Positions 8,544-19,077 of a stretch of 55,885 bases of DNA are shown here, one piece after another. The stretch spans positions 1 through 55,885 of the forward strand of contig CBDUYR010000014.1 in the NCBI GenBank assembly GCA_965371515.1. The letters run 5' to 3'. The DNA is from an uncultured bacterium (GTDB taxonomy: Bacteria; Krumholzibacteriota; Krumholzibacteriia; Krumholzibacteriales; Krumholzibacteriaceae). Numbering within the stretch: the first letter of the stretch is position 1; each line of letters opens with the position of its first letter. The position numbers were made by a program, and so were the translations under genes. Under the pieces are notes generated by a model. That model ran no database searches, was not told the origin of the DNA, and saw only the letters and a program-made list of their open reading frames with translations.

Positions 8544-10332
8544 GTATCTTTCCAGCTGTGACGCGGCCGATGCCCGGTGCGGTGGATATCTCTTCCTCGG
8601 TGGCATTCGCAAGCCCTGCGAGGCTTCCGAAGCGGACGAGCAGCTGAACCTTCCTGTACTCCCCTACTCCCGGTATCCCGTCCAGGCCCGATTCGACGAG
8701 TCCGCGGCTCCGCAGCTTCCTGTGATATTCTACGGCAAACCTGTGAGCCTCGTCCCGTGCCTTCTGAAGAAGTTTCAGCCCGGGGTTTCTACGGGGAAGC
8801 ACGATCGGGTCCTTCCTGCCCGGAACGAATATCTCCTCGTTCCTCTTGGCAAGCCCGATTACGTTTATAGGCGAGAGCCCGCTCGCATGCATGGCCTCAA
8901 GGGCGGCAGAGACCTGTCCCTTCCCTCCGTCGACAAGAATCAGATCGGGCCGCCTGCTCTTTCCGTCCTTCAAACGCTCCAGCCTCCGCAGCAGCACCTC
9001 TCTCATCATGGCAAAATCGTCGGGCCCATTGACTGTCCTGATCCTGAAATGCCTGTATCCCGATTTCAACGGCCTTCCGTCCACGAAGGTGACCATCGAG
9101 CCGACAGCTGCAGAGCCTTGTATATTCGATATGTCGTAGGCCTCGATACGGGACGGTGTGGCGTGGAGCCCGAGCGCTTTCTTCAAGTGTCCGAGCACCA
9201 TGTGGGCCGATGACTTCTTTCCTCTCAGCGTGAGCAGTCTTGACGCGGCGTTTTTCTCGGCGAGGTCGACGAGTTTTTTCCGGTGCCCCCTTGATGGGAC
9301 CGAGATAGAGACCGGTTTCCCGGCCCTCTCCTTCAACCATTTGACGATAAGGTTGCCGTCCGGAAGCTCGTACTGGGCGAGGATGCCTGGGGGAATATCA
9401 AGCGATGCATTATAGTACAACTTGAAGAATCCTTCATATGCTATTATTATATCGTCTGTTGGCATAACGGGCATCATGAAGGTCTCGGAGCTGAGGATCC
9501 TTCCCTCGCGTACCCTCATGACAACTCCGCAGGCGCTGCTTCCCTCCCTTGCGATCGCGACAGCATCTTCATCCGCTCTTCCCGGGTCGACGGCGTGCTG
9601 CCTGGCGCTGATCTTCCTGATCGAGGCGATCTGATCCCTCACCACGGAGGCTTCCTCGTAGCGCCTGTTCTTGGAGAACGACTCCATGGACCTGCGCAGC
9701 TCCTCCACCAACGCCTCGCTGTGGCCCCGCAGTAACATCCTCAGCTGCCCTACAACGACGGCGTATTCATCGGAATCGACCCTCCCCGTGCAGGGACCGA
9801 GGCATCTCCCGATCTGGAAATTGAGACACTCACGCGCACGGCTTCTGAATCTTCCCTTGCAGTCCCTCAGAGGAAAGATAGTCTTTATCGCCTTGAGTGT
9901 CCGCCGAACCGCTCCGGCGTCGGTATACGGACCGAAGTACTCCGCTCCATCGTCGAGAACTCTGCGGACGATCAGGAGCTTCGGGTATTCCTCGTTTGTC
10001 GTTATCTTCAGATAGGGATAGCGCTTGTCGTCTTTCAGGCGGATATTGTAACGGGGACGGTATTCCCTTATCATGCTCGCCTCGAGCACGAGGGCCTCTA
10101 CCTCGTTTTCCGTGGCGATATAGTCGACGGAATCGGCCGCATCCATGAGCGCCTTCGTTTTCGGGTCCAGCCTTTCGGGCGCCTGCATGTAGTTGCGTAC
10201 CCTGCTGACCAGATTTCTCGCCTTTCCGACGTATATCACACGGCCTTTCGGATTCTTGAAGAAATAGACCCCTGGGGAGTCGGGCAAACGCTCTATCTTT
10301 TTGTGGATTTTGTTCTTCTGATCTCTTGACAA
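8521..10332 (-). CDS. uvrC: Excinuclease ABC subunit C
   Basis: GIY-YIG (PGVY...YVGKA), Cys cluster, RIEAYDISN, DGGKGQ, RDEAHRFA, HhH; TTG start. Confidence 0.96.
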   Translation of the reverse strand: MSRDQKNKIHKKIERLPDSPGVYFFKNPKGRVIYVGKARNLVSRVRNYMQAPERLDPKTKALMDAADSVDYIATENEVEALVLEASMIREYRPRYNIRLKDDKRYPYLKITTNEEYPKLLIVRRVLDDGAEYFGPYTDAGAVRRTLKAIKTIFPLRDCKGRFRSRARECLNFQIGRCLGPCTGRVDSDEYAVVVGQLRMLLRGHSEALVEELRRSMESFSKNRRYEEASVVRDQIASIRKISARQHAVDPGRADEDAVAIAREGSSACGVVMRVREGRILSSETFMMPVMPTDDIIIAYEGFFKLYYNASLDIPPGILAQYELPDGNLIVKWLKERAGKPVSISVPSRGHRKKLVDLAEKNAASRLLTLRGKKSSAHMVLGHLKKALGLHATPSRIEAYDISNIQGSAAVGSMVTFVDGRPLKSGYRHFRIRTVNGPDDFAMMREVLLRRLERLKDGKSRRPDLILVDGGKGQVSAALEAMHASGLSPINVIGLAKRNEEIFVPGRKDPIVLPRRNPGLKLLQKARDEAHRFAVEYHRKLRSRGLVESGLDGIPGVGEYRKVQLLVRFGSLAGLANATEEEISTAPGIGRVTAGKIHEHIHRK

Positions 10333-10354
10333 AGCAGGGGCCTTCCGTTATGTT
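10326..10354 (+). promoter_or_regulatory. Putative sigma70 promoter of rpsT, overlapping the uvrC start codon
   Basis: TTGACA-17 bp-TATGTT; SD GGAGGTG just downstream. Confidence 0.7.
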
Positions 10355-10381
10355 AGCGCATCACTTGGAGGTGAAAACCGG

Positions 10382-10627
10382 ATGCCGAATCACAAGTCCG
10401 CATGGAAAAGACTGCGCCAGAACGAGAAAAGGCGCCTGCTTAACAAGAATCACAGGACTCTTCTCCGCAATGCGATCAAGAGTTACAAGGCCATCGAGGA
10501 TAGCGCCGAGGCGAAAGAGAGTTACCCAGCTCTCGCTTCCAGGGTCGACAAATCGGCCAAGATGGGCATCATCCATCACAGGACCGCCGCGCGCATAAAG
10601 TCCAGGCTTTCCAGAAAGACTCTCTAG
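10382..10627 (+). CDS. rpsT: 30S ribosomal protein S20
   Basis: MPNHKSAWKRLRQNEKRRLLN...GIIHHRTAARIKSRL; strong SD. Confidence 0.96.
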   Translation: MPNHKSAWKRLRQNEKRRLLNKNHRTLLRNAIKSYKAIEDSAEAKESYPALASRVDKSAKMGIIHHRTAARIKSRLSRKTL

Positions 10628-12330
10628 CCCCTGATTCCCGCTATTTCCAGGACCTTCCCGGCGGCGTCGTCAATGGCTACATCGTCGACATGTCCTGTCT
10701 TTCTGTGAAACAGCTCGACCACCCCGTCTTTTATCTTCCTGCCTATGGTGATCCTGAGGGGAACGCCCGTAAGATCGGCGTCCTTGAACTTCACCCCGGG
10801 ACTCAAGTCCCTGTCGTCCATCAGCACTTCGAGGCCGGCTCCGGTCAGTTCCTCCTCGAGCTTCAAGGCAGCGTTCATGACTTTTTCGTCGCCTGTATTA
10901 AGCGGAAGCAGCAGGACATGGAAGGGAGCGATCGACATCGGCCAGACGATACCATCCTTGTCGTAATTCTGCTCGATCGCCGCTGCCACCATTCTGCTTA
11001 CTCCAAATCCGTAGCAGCCCATGATGAAGGGGTGGCTCTTGCCCTTGTCGTCGAGGAATGTCGCGTTCATCGCCGATGAGTATTTAGTGCCCAGCTTGAA
11101 TATGTGGCCGACTTCTATCCCACGGCTCGAGGTGAGGCCCTTGCCGCAGTTCGGGCAGAGGTCTCCCTCGCGTGCGAAGACGAGATCCTCGAACCTGCCG
11201 ATCTCGAAATCTCTTCCGGCAACGACTCCTTTAAGGTGAGCATCGACCCTGTTAGCTCCTACGACCATTCCCACAAAGTCCTGGATGAGTGTATCGGCCA
11301 CGATCTCAACCCCTTCGGGGAGACCGACGGGTCCGGAGAATCCCACGGGGCCTCCGGTGACTTCTTCGATTTCGGGCGGCTCCAGGAAGCGGATGTCCGG
11401 GTCGTCGAACATACGGACGAGCTTGATGTCATTCACTTCACGGTCTCCGGGCACGAGTACGGCAACGCTCCTCTCCCCCGTCTTGTAGAGAAGCGTCTTG
11501 ACGATACCCTCTTCGGGCACTCCAAGGAACTCCGACACCTGCTCGATCGTCGATGTCCCGGGGGTAGCTATCTCTTCGTACGAATCGAGCTTCTCGCCCC
11601 TGCTGCCGTCACTGACCCTGGCATCGGCCTTATCGAGGTTTACCGCGTAACCGCACTGGCATGAGAGCAGCATGTCCTCACCGTTCTCCGCGAGCACCAT
11701 GAACTCGTGGGATTCGTTTCCGCCGATGTATCCGGACTCGGCCTCTACAATGACGTACTCGAGGCCGCATCTCTCGATGATATTACAGTAGGATTTTTCG
11801 ATACGCCTGTACATCCTGTCGAGGCAATCGTCATCCGCATGGAACGAGTATGCGTCCTTCATGATGAACTCGCGAGCGCGCATCACTCCGTACCTCGGCC
11901 TGATCTCGTCCCTGAATTTTGTGAGGATCTGGTAATAAGTCTGTGGAAGGTCGCGATAGCTCCTCATCACGTCGCGGGCTATGAGCGTGATGACCTCCTC
12001 GTGAGTCGGACCCAGGGCAAAGACCCTGCCCCTGCTGTCCTTGAGTTTGAACAGCTCCGGGCCGAAGCTTTCGAGTCTTCCGCTCTCGGCATAGATCTCC
12101 TCCGGATGGAGGATCGGCATGAGGAGTTCCTGGCATCCTGCCGCGTCCATTTCCTCGCGTATGATACTCTCTATCTTCTTAAGGACCCTGAGACCGACAG
12201 GCAGGAATGTATAGACCCCCGATGTCAGCTTCTTTATCAATCCGGACCTCAGCATCAGCAGGTGGCTCGGTATCTCGGCTTCCCTGGGATTTTCCTTCAG
12301 TGTAGGTATACAGCTCTCGGACCAGCGCAT
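10624..12330 (-). CDS. proS: Proline--tRNA ligase with INS editing domain
   Basis: GPTHEE, FRDEIRPR, REFIMKDAYSF, GIEVGHIFKLG, MGCYG. Start at ATG 12330. Confidence 0.96.
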   Translation of the reverse strand: MRWSESCIPTLKENPREAEIPSHLLMLRSGLIKKLTSGVYTFLPVGLRVLKKIESIIREEMDAAGCQELLMPILHPEEIYAESGRLESFGPELFKLKDSRGRVFALGPTHEEVITLIARDVMRSYRDLPQTYYQILTKFRDEIRPRYGVMRAREFIMKDAYSFHADDDCLDRMYRRIEKSYCNIIERCGLEYVIVEAESGYIGGNESHEFMVLAENGEDMLLSCQCGYAVNLDKADARVSDGSRGEKLDSYEEIATPGTSTIEQVSEFLGVPEEGIVKTLLYKTGERSVAVLVPGDREVNDIKLVRMFDDPDIRFLEPPEIEEVTGGPVGFSGPVGLPEGVEIVADTLIQDFVGMVVGANRVDAHLKGVVAGRDFEIGRFEDLVFAREGDLCPNCGKGLTSSRGIEVGHIFKLGTKYSSAMNATFLDDKGKSHPFIMGCYGFGVSRMVAAAIEQNYDKDGIVWPMSIAPFHVLLLPLNTGDEKVMNAALKLEEELTGAGLEVLMDDRDLSPGVKFKDADLTGVPLRITIGRKIKDGVVELFHRKTGHVDDVAIDDAAGKVLEIAGIRG

Positions 12331-12374
12331 TTTGCCTCTTTCTCCTGACCGCCCCGAAGGCCGGCGATAATCGA

Positions 12375-12402
12375 TTGATTCTACATGCAATCAGTATATA
12401 CT
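12375..12402 (+). promoter_or_regulatory. Putative sigma70 promoter of the yitJ-like gene
   Basis: TTGATT-16 bp-TATACT, with the -10 inside the palindrome AGTATATACT. Confidence 0.4.
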
Positions 12403-12457
12403 ACGTTACGTTCCGGCTATGCAAGGTTGAACTGGTCCATGTGAAAGGCTGCTGTCA

Positions 12458-14293
12458 ATGAGTTCCAGGTTTCTCGATATGCTGTCTGAAGGAGTCGTGC
12501 TGTTCGACGGTGCGATGGGCACGATGCTCTACGACCGGGGCATCTTCATAAACAGGTGCTTCGACGAGATCAATCTGAGCAATCCCGGCCTGGTGGAAGA
12601 TATCCACGGCGAGTATATCGATGCCGGAGCAGGGATCATCGAAACGAACACATTCGGCGCCAACAGGTTCAAGCTGGCGCTGCACGGCCTCGACGACAGA
12701 CTCGCCGAGATCAACAGGGTCGGCGCGGAAGCGGCCATGCGCGTATCGGCCGGCAGGGCCATAGTCGCCGGTGCGATCGGGCCTCTCGGGATACGAATAG
12801 AGCCCTGGGGCCCCACTTCAAACGAAGAGGCAGCAGCTGCATTCGCTGAACAGGCGTCAGCGCTCCTCGAGGGCGGTATTGACATCTTCGTACTCGAAAC
12901 CTTCGCAGATCTCAACGAGATCCAACAGGCGATCAACGGCGTTCGATCCGTCACCGATCTGCCTCTCGTTGCGCAGATGACCCTTCAACAGGATGGCCTT
13001 GGACTCTACGGAACAGAACCTGCAGAATTCGCGATCCGCCTCGATGGCTGGGATGTTGATGTGGTGGGTGTGAACTGCTCGGTAGGACCGCGTGTGATGC
13101 TCGAAGCAATAGAGAAAATCTCCGGCGAAGTCGATAAATGGATATCGGCACAGCCAAATGCGGGCATCCCACAGAGCGTCGATGGCAGGAACATATACAT
13201 GACCTCGCCCGAGTACATGGCCGAATACGCCCGCAGGTTCGTCAAGGCAGGCGCAAGGATCGTCGGGGGCTGCTGCGGCACGACGCCTGCACACATCAGG
13301 GCCATCGCAGACGTGCTGAAGACGGTCAGGCCGAAGAATGTCGATATGATGGTCCACCACCATCACGATGAAAGGATAGAGATCTCGCGTGCCGTTCCCC
13401 TTGCCGAGAAATCGTCTCTAGCCAGGAAGATCGCCGCGGGAGAATTCGTGCGGATGGTGGAGATGGTCCCCCCGCGCGGAGGAAATCCCGGCAAAGTGCT
13501 CGAAGCTGCCGCCCTCCTCTCCGGGGCGGGCGTTGACGCGATAAACATCCCCGACAGCCCGCGCGCATCGTCGAGGATGAGCCCCCTCGCGCTGGCCGTG
13601 CTCATCGAAAGGGACGCAGGCATAGAGACGGTCCTTCATTACTGCTGCCGGGACAGGAACATCCTGGGAATGCAGTCCGACATACTGGGGGCGCATGCGC
13701 TCGGCCTCAGGAACATCCTGGTCATAACCGGCGATCCGATAAAGACGGGAGACTACCCTGACGCTACGGCGGTGTTCGACATAGACTCTATCGGACTGAC
13801 AAACGTCATACATCTCCTCAACAGGGGCGCCGACATAGGCGGCCGGAGCCTCGATGAGCCCACTTCCTTCCTGATCGGCGTGGGAGTCAATCCCGGCGCG
13901 GTCGATTTCGATGAGGAGATGAAGAGGTTCTACTGGAAGGTCGATGCGGGGGCCGAGTTCGCCGTGACCCAGCCCGTCTTCGATCCGGCACTTCTCGAAA
14001 AATTCATCGAATATATAGAATCGAGATCCCTCCGGATCCCCGTCATAGCCGGGCTCTGGCCGTTGACCAGTCTCAAGAACGCCGAGTTCATGAATAACGA
14101 ACTACCAGGCGTTTCGGTGCCGGACTGGATAATGAAAAGGATGGAAGATTCAGGCGGCGGAAAGGCCGCGATGAAAACCGGCGTGGAGATCGCCGCTGAT
14201 ATGCTGCGCAAGGTCCTGCCCATTGTCGACGGCGCGCAGGTAAGCGCCCCGTTCAACAGGTACAGGCTCGCTCTAGAGGTACTGGAAAGCTAG
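12458..14293 (+). CDS. Bifunctional homocysteine S-methyltransferase / 5,10-methylenetetrahydrofolate reductase (YitJ-like)
   Basis: DGAMGT, Zn ligands GVNC and GGCCGT, PNAG; C-terminal MetF domain (CRDRN, ITGD, KVDAGAEFAVTQP). Confidence 0.92.
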   Translation: MSSRFLDMLSEGVVLFDGAMGTMLYDRGIFINRCFDEINLSNPGLVEDIHGEYIDAGAGIIETNTFGANRFKLALHGLDDRLAEINRVGAEAAMRVSAGRAIVAGAIGPLGIRIEPWGPTSNEEAAAAFAEQASALLEGGIDIFVLETFADLNEIQQAINGVRSVTDLPLVAQMTLQQDGLGLYGTEPAEFAIRLDGWDVDVVGVNCSVGPRVMLEAIEKISGEVDKWISAQPNAGIPQSVDGRNIYMTSPEYMAEYARRFVKAGARIVGGCCGTTPAHIRAIADVLKTVRPKNVDMMVHHHHDERIEISRAVPLAEKSSLARKIAAGEFVRMVEMVPPRGGNPGKVLEAAALLSGAGVDAINIPDSPRASSRMSPLALAVLIERDAGIETVLHYCCRDRNILGMQSDILGAHALGLRNILVITGDPIKTGDYPDATAVFDIDSIGLTNVIHLLNRGADIGGRSLDEPTSFLIGVGVNPGAVDFDEEMKRFYWKVDAGAEFAVTQPVFDPALLEKFIEYIESRSLRIPVIAGLWPLTSLKNAEFMNNELPGVSVPDWIMKRMEDSGGGKAAMKTGVEIAADMLRKVLPIVDGAQVSAPFNRYRLALEVLES

Positions 14294-15102
14294 TTGGAGA
14301 GATCCGCAAATCCCCTGAAAACGATTTTCGCAGGGCCAGTGAGGGTGCATAGTTTCGCTCCGTCTCTCGTGAGCTCGAAACCGGTCTGGAGTATATCGCC
14401 GCCTGACGTCTCGCATGTTACCGGCGATGAGACGAGCCCCATGTGCGCGGCTATCACGGATACTCCGACCGCTCCGGTCCCGCATGCGAGGGTCTCATCC
14501 TCGACACCTCTCTCGTACGTCCTGTAGGCGAGGCTTTTGGGAGAATCAACGGTAACGATGTTGACATTAGTACCGGCCGGTTCGAAGACAGGATCGAATC
14601 TGACAGCTCTCGCTGTATCTACGAATCTCTCCCTCTCCCAGCTTCTCGCGTCGTCGACCATTATCGCCGCATGGGGAACCCCGCTGACTGCAAACCCCGC
14701 CGTCATACCTCCCGGAAGCTCGATTCCGAGACGGATTCCGTGGACCGGTTCGAGACCGATCTTCACGTGGTCTCCGCTCACCTCTGCGGTAACTGGCCCC
14801 GCTCCCGTGGAGAAAGTCATCCTTTCTCCTGTGATCCTCCGGTCACGTGCAAACATCGCGGCGCACCTGGCGCCGTTGCCGCACATCTCGGCCCCGCTCC
14901 CGTCGCTGTTGAAATACTTCATCTCGAAGTCGTAGCCTTTGCAGGGTCTCAGCAGTATGAGGCCGTCAGCTCCTATACCGCGATGAGCCTCGCATAGCGC
15001 GGCGATCTTTTTCGGGCTTTCCTCGAAGTCGCGCTTCATGTCGTCGATCAATATGAAGTCGTTTCCGGCGCCGTGCATCTTGGTGAACTCGAACTCACTC
15101 AT
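14290..15102 (-). CDS. dapF: Diaminopimelate epimerase
   Basis: KMHGAGNDF, MCGNGARC, ERGV, TLACGTG. Start at ATG 15102. Confidence 0.95.
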   Translation of the reverse strand: MSEFEFTKMHGAGNDFILIDDMKRDFEESPKKIAALCEAHRGIGADGLILLRPCKGYDFEMKYFNSDGSGAEMCGNGARCAAMFARDRRITGERMTFSTGAGPVTAEVSGDHVKIGLEPVHGIRLGIELPGGMTAGFAVSGVPHAAIMVDDARSWERERFVDTARAVRFDPVFEPAGTNVNIVTVDSPKSLAYRTYERGVEDETLACGTGAVGVSVIAAHMGLVSSPVTCETSGGDILQTGFELTRDGAKLCTLTGPAKIVFRGFADLSN

Positions 15103-16171
15103 CTGTCTTTGAATCCTTCTGTATGTAAACAGAATCGAGCGTGATCCTCGCACCGGGCGTTACAGAGACTGTGTCCGGATAGACGGCGAACGGTTCAGCC
15201 ACTGTCCTCGTTGAATCAAGAGGATCAGCGTACGATCCAGGAAGGCTGTCTGAAAGAACGTCTATGAACGCCGTGAAGATATAATCGCCAGGTAGTATAG
15301 AGTGTACAGTATACAGTCCGGTTGAATCGGCCCTAACCAGAAGAGGAATGCCGTCTTCTAAAAGAGGTTCGAACCTCGCGGACGGAGATATGCCGAGGTC
15401 TGTCAGATCCGTGATAGTCCCCTCTATCCTGCCAGGTTCGTCGGGATCGATTATGTTGATTTCCAGGCCCGCTATGGAGGGACTTTCGGGCACAAGGATG
15501 AAGGTATCCTCCAGAACGCTTGAAAATTCGTCACCCGGTGAATATCTCGTGTCCCCGTTTCCGTCTGTGAACATCCAGAGGCGGAACATCGTCCCGTCGG
15601 TCGGAAGCGCCTCGAAACTGAACGATCCGTCTCTTCCGCAGAAGGCCACTCTTGACTCGAGTGCCCTCGTCACATCACCTGTCGAGTCGATCGCGGAGAC
15701 CGCCACAAGCTTCGCGAGGCCGGTCGAATCAGGAGCCATCTTGAAGAGGATACGTCCACTGATGCTTCCCGTGTCTATAGAATCGGCAGTCGAGAAACAG
15801 AAGTTGATCTCGCTACTCCCCTTCACCCGGTGATGATCGGTATAACCCTTCCTGATAACAACGCAGATTGTCGTCTCTGGAAGTTCGTCCTTGAACCTTA
15901 TCTCGAAATTCTCGCCCTTTGCGCCGATTCTGTCGAATTCGAGCGGCGGATAGACCTGAACAAGTTTCTTGAAGCTGTCCCCGTCGATCTTTTCGGAGAA
16001 GGCGATCTGTATCGTTGAGTTTCTGTCTACGCCGGAGCTTCCAGGAACAGGAAGGATGCCGATCACATCGGGAGGGATTTCGTCCTTCGGCCCGCCTGAC
16101 GGGGCTTCCATGACCGCGCATGACAGGAATGCAAGCGCGGTCGTCAGCAACAGAGCCTTTCTCAATTTCAT
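15095..16171 (-). CDS. Ig-like (Big_5/SbsA-type) domain lipoprotein
   Basis: Lipobox FLS-C followed by PSGGPKDEIPP; IAFSEKI; DGNGD loop. Start at ATG 16171. Confidence 0.75.
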   Translation of the reverse strand: MKLRKALLLTTALAFLSCAVMEAPSGGPKDEIPPDVIGILPVPGSSGVDRNSTIQIAFSEKIDGDSFKKLVQVYPPLEFDRIGAKGENFEIRFKDELPETTICVVIRKGYTDHHRVKGSSEINFCFSTADSIDTGSISGRILFKMAPDSTGLAKLVAVSAIDSTGDVTRALESRVAFCGRDGSFSFEALPTDGTMFRLWMFTDGNGDTRYSPGDEFSSVLEDTFILVPESPSIAGLEINIIDPDEPGRIEGTITDLTDLGISPSARFEPLLEDGIPLLVRADSTGLYTVHSILPGDYIFTAFIDVLSDSLPGSYADPLDSTRTVAEPFAVYPDTVSVTPGARITLDSVYIQKDSKTDE

Positions 16172-16181
16172 GCTCCCCGCG

Positions 16182-17102
16182 TCACTTAAGGAGAAGTGCG
16201 ATGATGGCCCGCTGGATATGCAGGCGGTTCTCCGCCTCGTCGAATACAATAGAGTTCTTTCCGTCTATCACGGCGTCGGTCACTTCCTCTCCCCTGTGCG
16301 CCGGGAGGCAGTGCATGAATACAGCGTTCTCATCTGCGAGGGCCATCAATTCCGTGTTGACCTTGTATGAAGCGAAGACCTTCATCCTCTCGACCTTTTC
16401 AGCTTCCTGGCCCATGCTGGCCCACACGTCGGAATAGATGACGTCCGCGCCTTGGACAGCTTCCCTGGGATTCTCTATCCACTCATAATCAGGTTCGCCG
16501 AGTTCTCTGACCTCTTTGACGTACGAATCAGTTATCTGGTATCCGGCGGGAGAGGTAAGAACGAATTTGAACGGGAATCTCGCAGCGGCGTTAAGCCAGC
16601 TCCTCGCGACATTGTTACCATCACCTATGAAAACGATTTTCTTGCCTTCGATAGGTCCACGGTGCTCGATGATAGTCTGGATGTCGCCCATGATCTGACA
16701 GGGATGGAGAAGGTCGGTCAGACCGTTGATGACCGGGACGGAGGCGTTCGCCGCCAGCTCTTCAACCATCTTCTGTTCGAACGTCCTGATCATGATTCCG
16801 TCGACATAACGGGACAATACCTCACCGATATCATTCGGCGATTCCCTGCTGCCTATACCGATCTCCCTGTCGGTGATGTAGAGGCTGCTGCCGCCGAGCT
16901 GTCTGATCGCCACTTCGAAGCTGATCCTGGTCCGCAGGCTCGGCTTGTGGAAGATGCAGCAAAGAATACGTCCCGGATGAGAGTGCTCGAGCACGAAGTT
17001 GCGTGCGAGGGGTTTCTGCATAATAGCGAGATCGAGGATTTCCTGGAGCTCTGCCCTTGTGAAATCCGTGATGCGTAGAAAATCCTTCTTCCCGAGTTTC
17101 AT
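16182..17102 (-). CDS. argF: Ornithine carbamoyltransferase
   Basis: SLRT, HPCQ, GDGNNV, SMG, HCLPAHRG. Confidence 0.93.
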   Translation of the reverse strand: MKLGKKDFLRITDFTRAELQEILDLAIMQKPLARNFVLEHSHPGRILCCIFHKPSLRTRISFEVAIRQLGGSSLYITDREIGIGSRESPNDIGEVLSRYVDGIMIRTFEQKMVEELAANASVPVINGLTDLLHPCQIMGDIQTIIEHRGPIEGKKIVFIGDGNNVARSWLNAAARFPFKFVLTSPAGYQITDSYVKEVRELGEPDYEWIENPREAVQGADVIYSDVWASMGQEAEKVERMKVFASYKVNTELMALADENAVFMHCLPAHRGEEVTDAVIDGKNSIVFDEAENRLHIQRAIIALLLK

Positions 17103-17114
17103 ATAGAATCCTTC

Positions 17115-18452
17115 CTAGAGTATGTATCTTGCGAGATCTTCGTCCTCTACGATTTTTTCCAGTTTTTCCCTGACGTTCTTCTCGGTGACCGTGATCTTCA
17201 CTATCTTCGGATCGGGGAGATCGAACAGTATCTCGTCGAGAAGGGTCGTCATAACAGTATGCAGGCGCCGAGCTCCTATATTCTCCATCTTTATGTTGAC
17301 CAGGAAGGCCACGCGGGCGATCTCTTTCACGGCGCTTTTCGTGAATTTGACCGTACAGCCCTCCGTCTGGATAATCGCCGTGTACTGTTTGAGAAGCGCG
17401 TTTTCCGGCTCTAGAAGAATCCTCTCGAAATCCTCGGCCGTAAGCGAGTCCAGTTCGACCCTTATCGGGAAACGCCCCTGCAGCTCGGGAACGAGATCGG
17501 ACGGCTTGGTCATATGAAACGCCCCTGCCGCAATGAAGAGAATATGGTCTGTCTTGACCACTCCGTGCTTCGTGTTTACGGTCGAGCCCTCCACGATCGG
17601 CAGGATGTCTCTCTGTACACCTTCCCTCGAGACGTCCGGTCCGTACTTCTGCCCTGTCGTGGCGATTTTGTCGATCTCATCGATAAAGACGATACCTGTC
17701 TCTTCCACCGCCTTCAGTGCCCTCGAAGTTACCTTGTCCTGATCGACAAGCTTTTCCCTTTCCTCCACCTCAAGGATCTTCAGCGCTTCCTCGACCGTGA
17801 CTCGTCTCCCCTTCTTTTTCTTCGGCATCATGTTCCCTAGGTTGTCTGGGAACTTGACCCCCATCTCTTCGAGCCCTGAACCAGAAATGATCTCGATCCA
17901 GTTCGACGGGCGTTCGAATGTCTCTATGGTCACTTCCCTTGCGTCGAGCGCTCCTTCTTCGAGCTTCTTCTTCAGCTTCTCCTTGGTGCGCTGTCTTCTC
18001 TCCTCCATACTGGAATCATCAGGCCCGTCCGGAAAGGCCGACGGAAGCAGCAGGTCAAGCAGCTTCTCGACCGCGAGCTTCGAAGCCCTTTCCGCCACCT
18101 CCTCGTAGACCTTGGCCTTCTCCATGCTTATGCCGATCTCAACCAGGTCTCTTATCATCGACTCGACGTCACGGCCTACATATCCTACTTCGGTGAATTT
18201 CGTGGCCTCGACCTTGATGAATGGAGCCTGCGATAGCCTTGCGAGCCTTCTCGCTATCTCGGTCTTCCCGACCCCGGTCGGGCCGATCATGATGATGTTG
18301 TTCGGAAGAATCTCGTCCTTTATTGCTCCCTCGACGTTTTTTCTCCTCCACCGGTTCCTCAGGGCTATGGCTACGGACCGTTTTGCCTCGTCCTGGCCGA
18401 TGATGTATTTGTCGAGTTCGCCGACAATCTGCGTAGGAGTCAGTTCGTACAT
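17115..18452 (-). CDS. hslU: ATP-dependent protease ATPase subunit HslU
   Basis: [34 protein letters not shown]. Confidence 0.97.
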   Translation of the reverse strand: MYELTPTQIVGELDKYIIGQDEAKRSVAIALRNRWRRKNVEGAIKDEILPNNIIMIGPTGVGKTEIARRLARLSQAPFIKVEATKFTEVGYVGRDVESMIRDLVEIGISMEKAKVYEEVAERASKLAVEKLLDLLLPSAFPDGPDDSSMEERRQRTKEKLKKKLEEGALDAREVTIETFERPSNWIEIISGSGLEEMGVKFPDNLGNMMPKKKKGRRVTVEEALKILEVEEREKLVDQDKVTSRALKAVEETGIVFIDEIDKIATTGQKYGPDVSREGVQRDILPIVEGSTVNTKHGVVKTDHILFIAAGAFHMTKPSDLVPELQGRFPIRVELDSLTAEDFERILLEPENALLKQYTAIIQTEGCTVKFTKSAVKEIARVAFLVNIKMENIGARRLHTVMTTLLDEILFDLPDPKIVKITVTEKNVREKLEKIVEDEDLARYIL

Positions 18453-18467
18453 CGGTATTCCTCTGAT

Positions 18468-18995
18468 TCAGATCGATTCGACCGTGATCCGATCGTTTGT
18501 GTAAATACATATCTGCGAGGCTATCTCAAGAGCGCCCTGGACGATGCCTGCTGCGTCTTCCCTGCCACTGACGATAAACGCCCGCGCTGCGGCGAGAGCG
18601 TAAGGCCCGCCCGAGCCGATTGAAACGATCCCGTCGTCCGGCTCCACCACGTCACCCTTGCCCGATATGATCAGGCAGTGCTCATTGCTCACAACGGCAA
18701 GCAGCGCCTCCAGATGCCTGAGAACCTTGTCGCTTCGCCACTCTCTTGCTAGCTCGACGGCTCCCTTGACGATATTGCCGGCATGCTCCTCGAGCTTTCC
18801 CTCGAACTTCGAGAAAAGTGTCATCGCGTCAGCTGTGCTTCCCGCGAATCCCGCGAGGACATCTCCGTCCCTGAGGATCCTTATCTTCCTTGCGCCGTGC
18901 TTTACGACAGTGTCTCCGAATGTTACCTGTCCGTCTCCCCCGAGAGCGGCGCTGTTAGCGGTCTTCACTCCGAGTATCGTCGTTCCCCTGAACAT
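18468..18995 (-). CDS. hslV: ATP-dependent protease peptidase subunit HslV
   Basis: [29 protein letters not shown] 18995 with SD GGAGG. Confidence 0.96.
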   Translation of the reverse strand: MFRGTTILGVKTANSAALGGDGQVTFGDTVVKHGARKIRILRDGDVLAGFAGSTADAMTLFSKFEGKLEEHAGNIVKGAVELAREWRSDKVLRHLEALLAVVSNEHCLIISGKGDVVEPDDGIVSIGSGGPYALAAARAFIVSGREDAAGIVQGALEIASQICIYTNDRITVESI

Positions 18996-19024
18996 CTCAT
19001 CCTCCGTCTGGTGTATCCAATAAC

Positions 19025-19052
19025 AATATAATCGTCGTTTCGTCCGATTCAA
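19025..19052 (-). promoter_or_regulatory. Putative sigma70 promoter of hslVU
   Basis: TTGAAT-16 bp-TATATT. Confidence 0.45.
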
Positions 19053-19077
19053 TCTTTTCCTGCATGCAGTCGCTCAC

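Noticed and set aside
12331..12457. SAM riboswitch or T-box upstream of the yitJ-like gene or proS
   Set aside because: The gap is only 127 bp, is shared by divergent genes, and shows no S-box or T-box consensus.
16182..17102. SLRT motif suggesting N-acetyl/succinylornithine transcarbamylase
   Set aside because: The SMG loop and HCLPAHRG are ordinary OTCase signatures.
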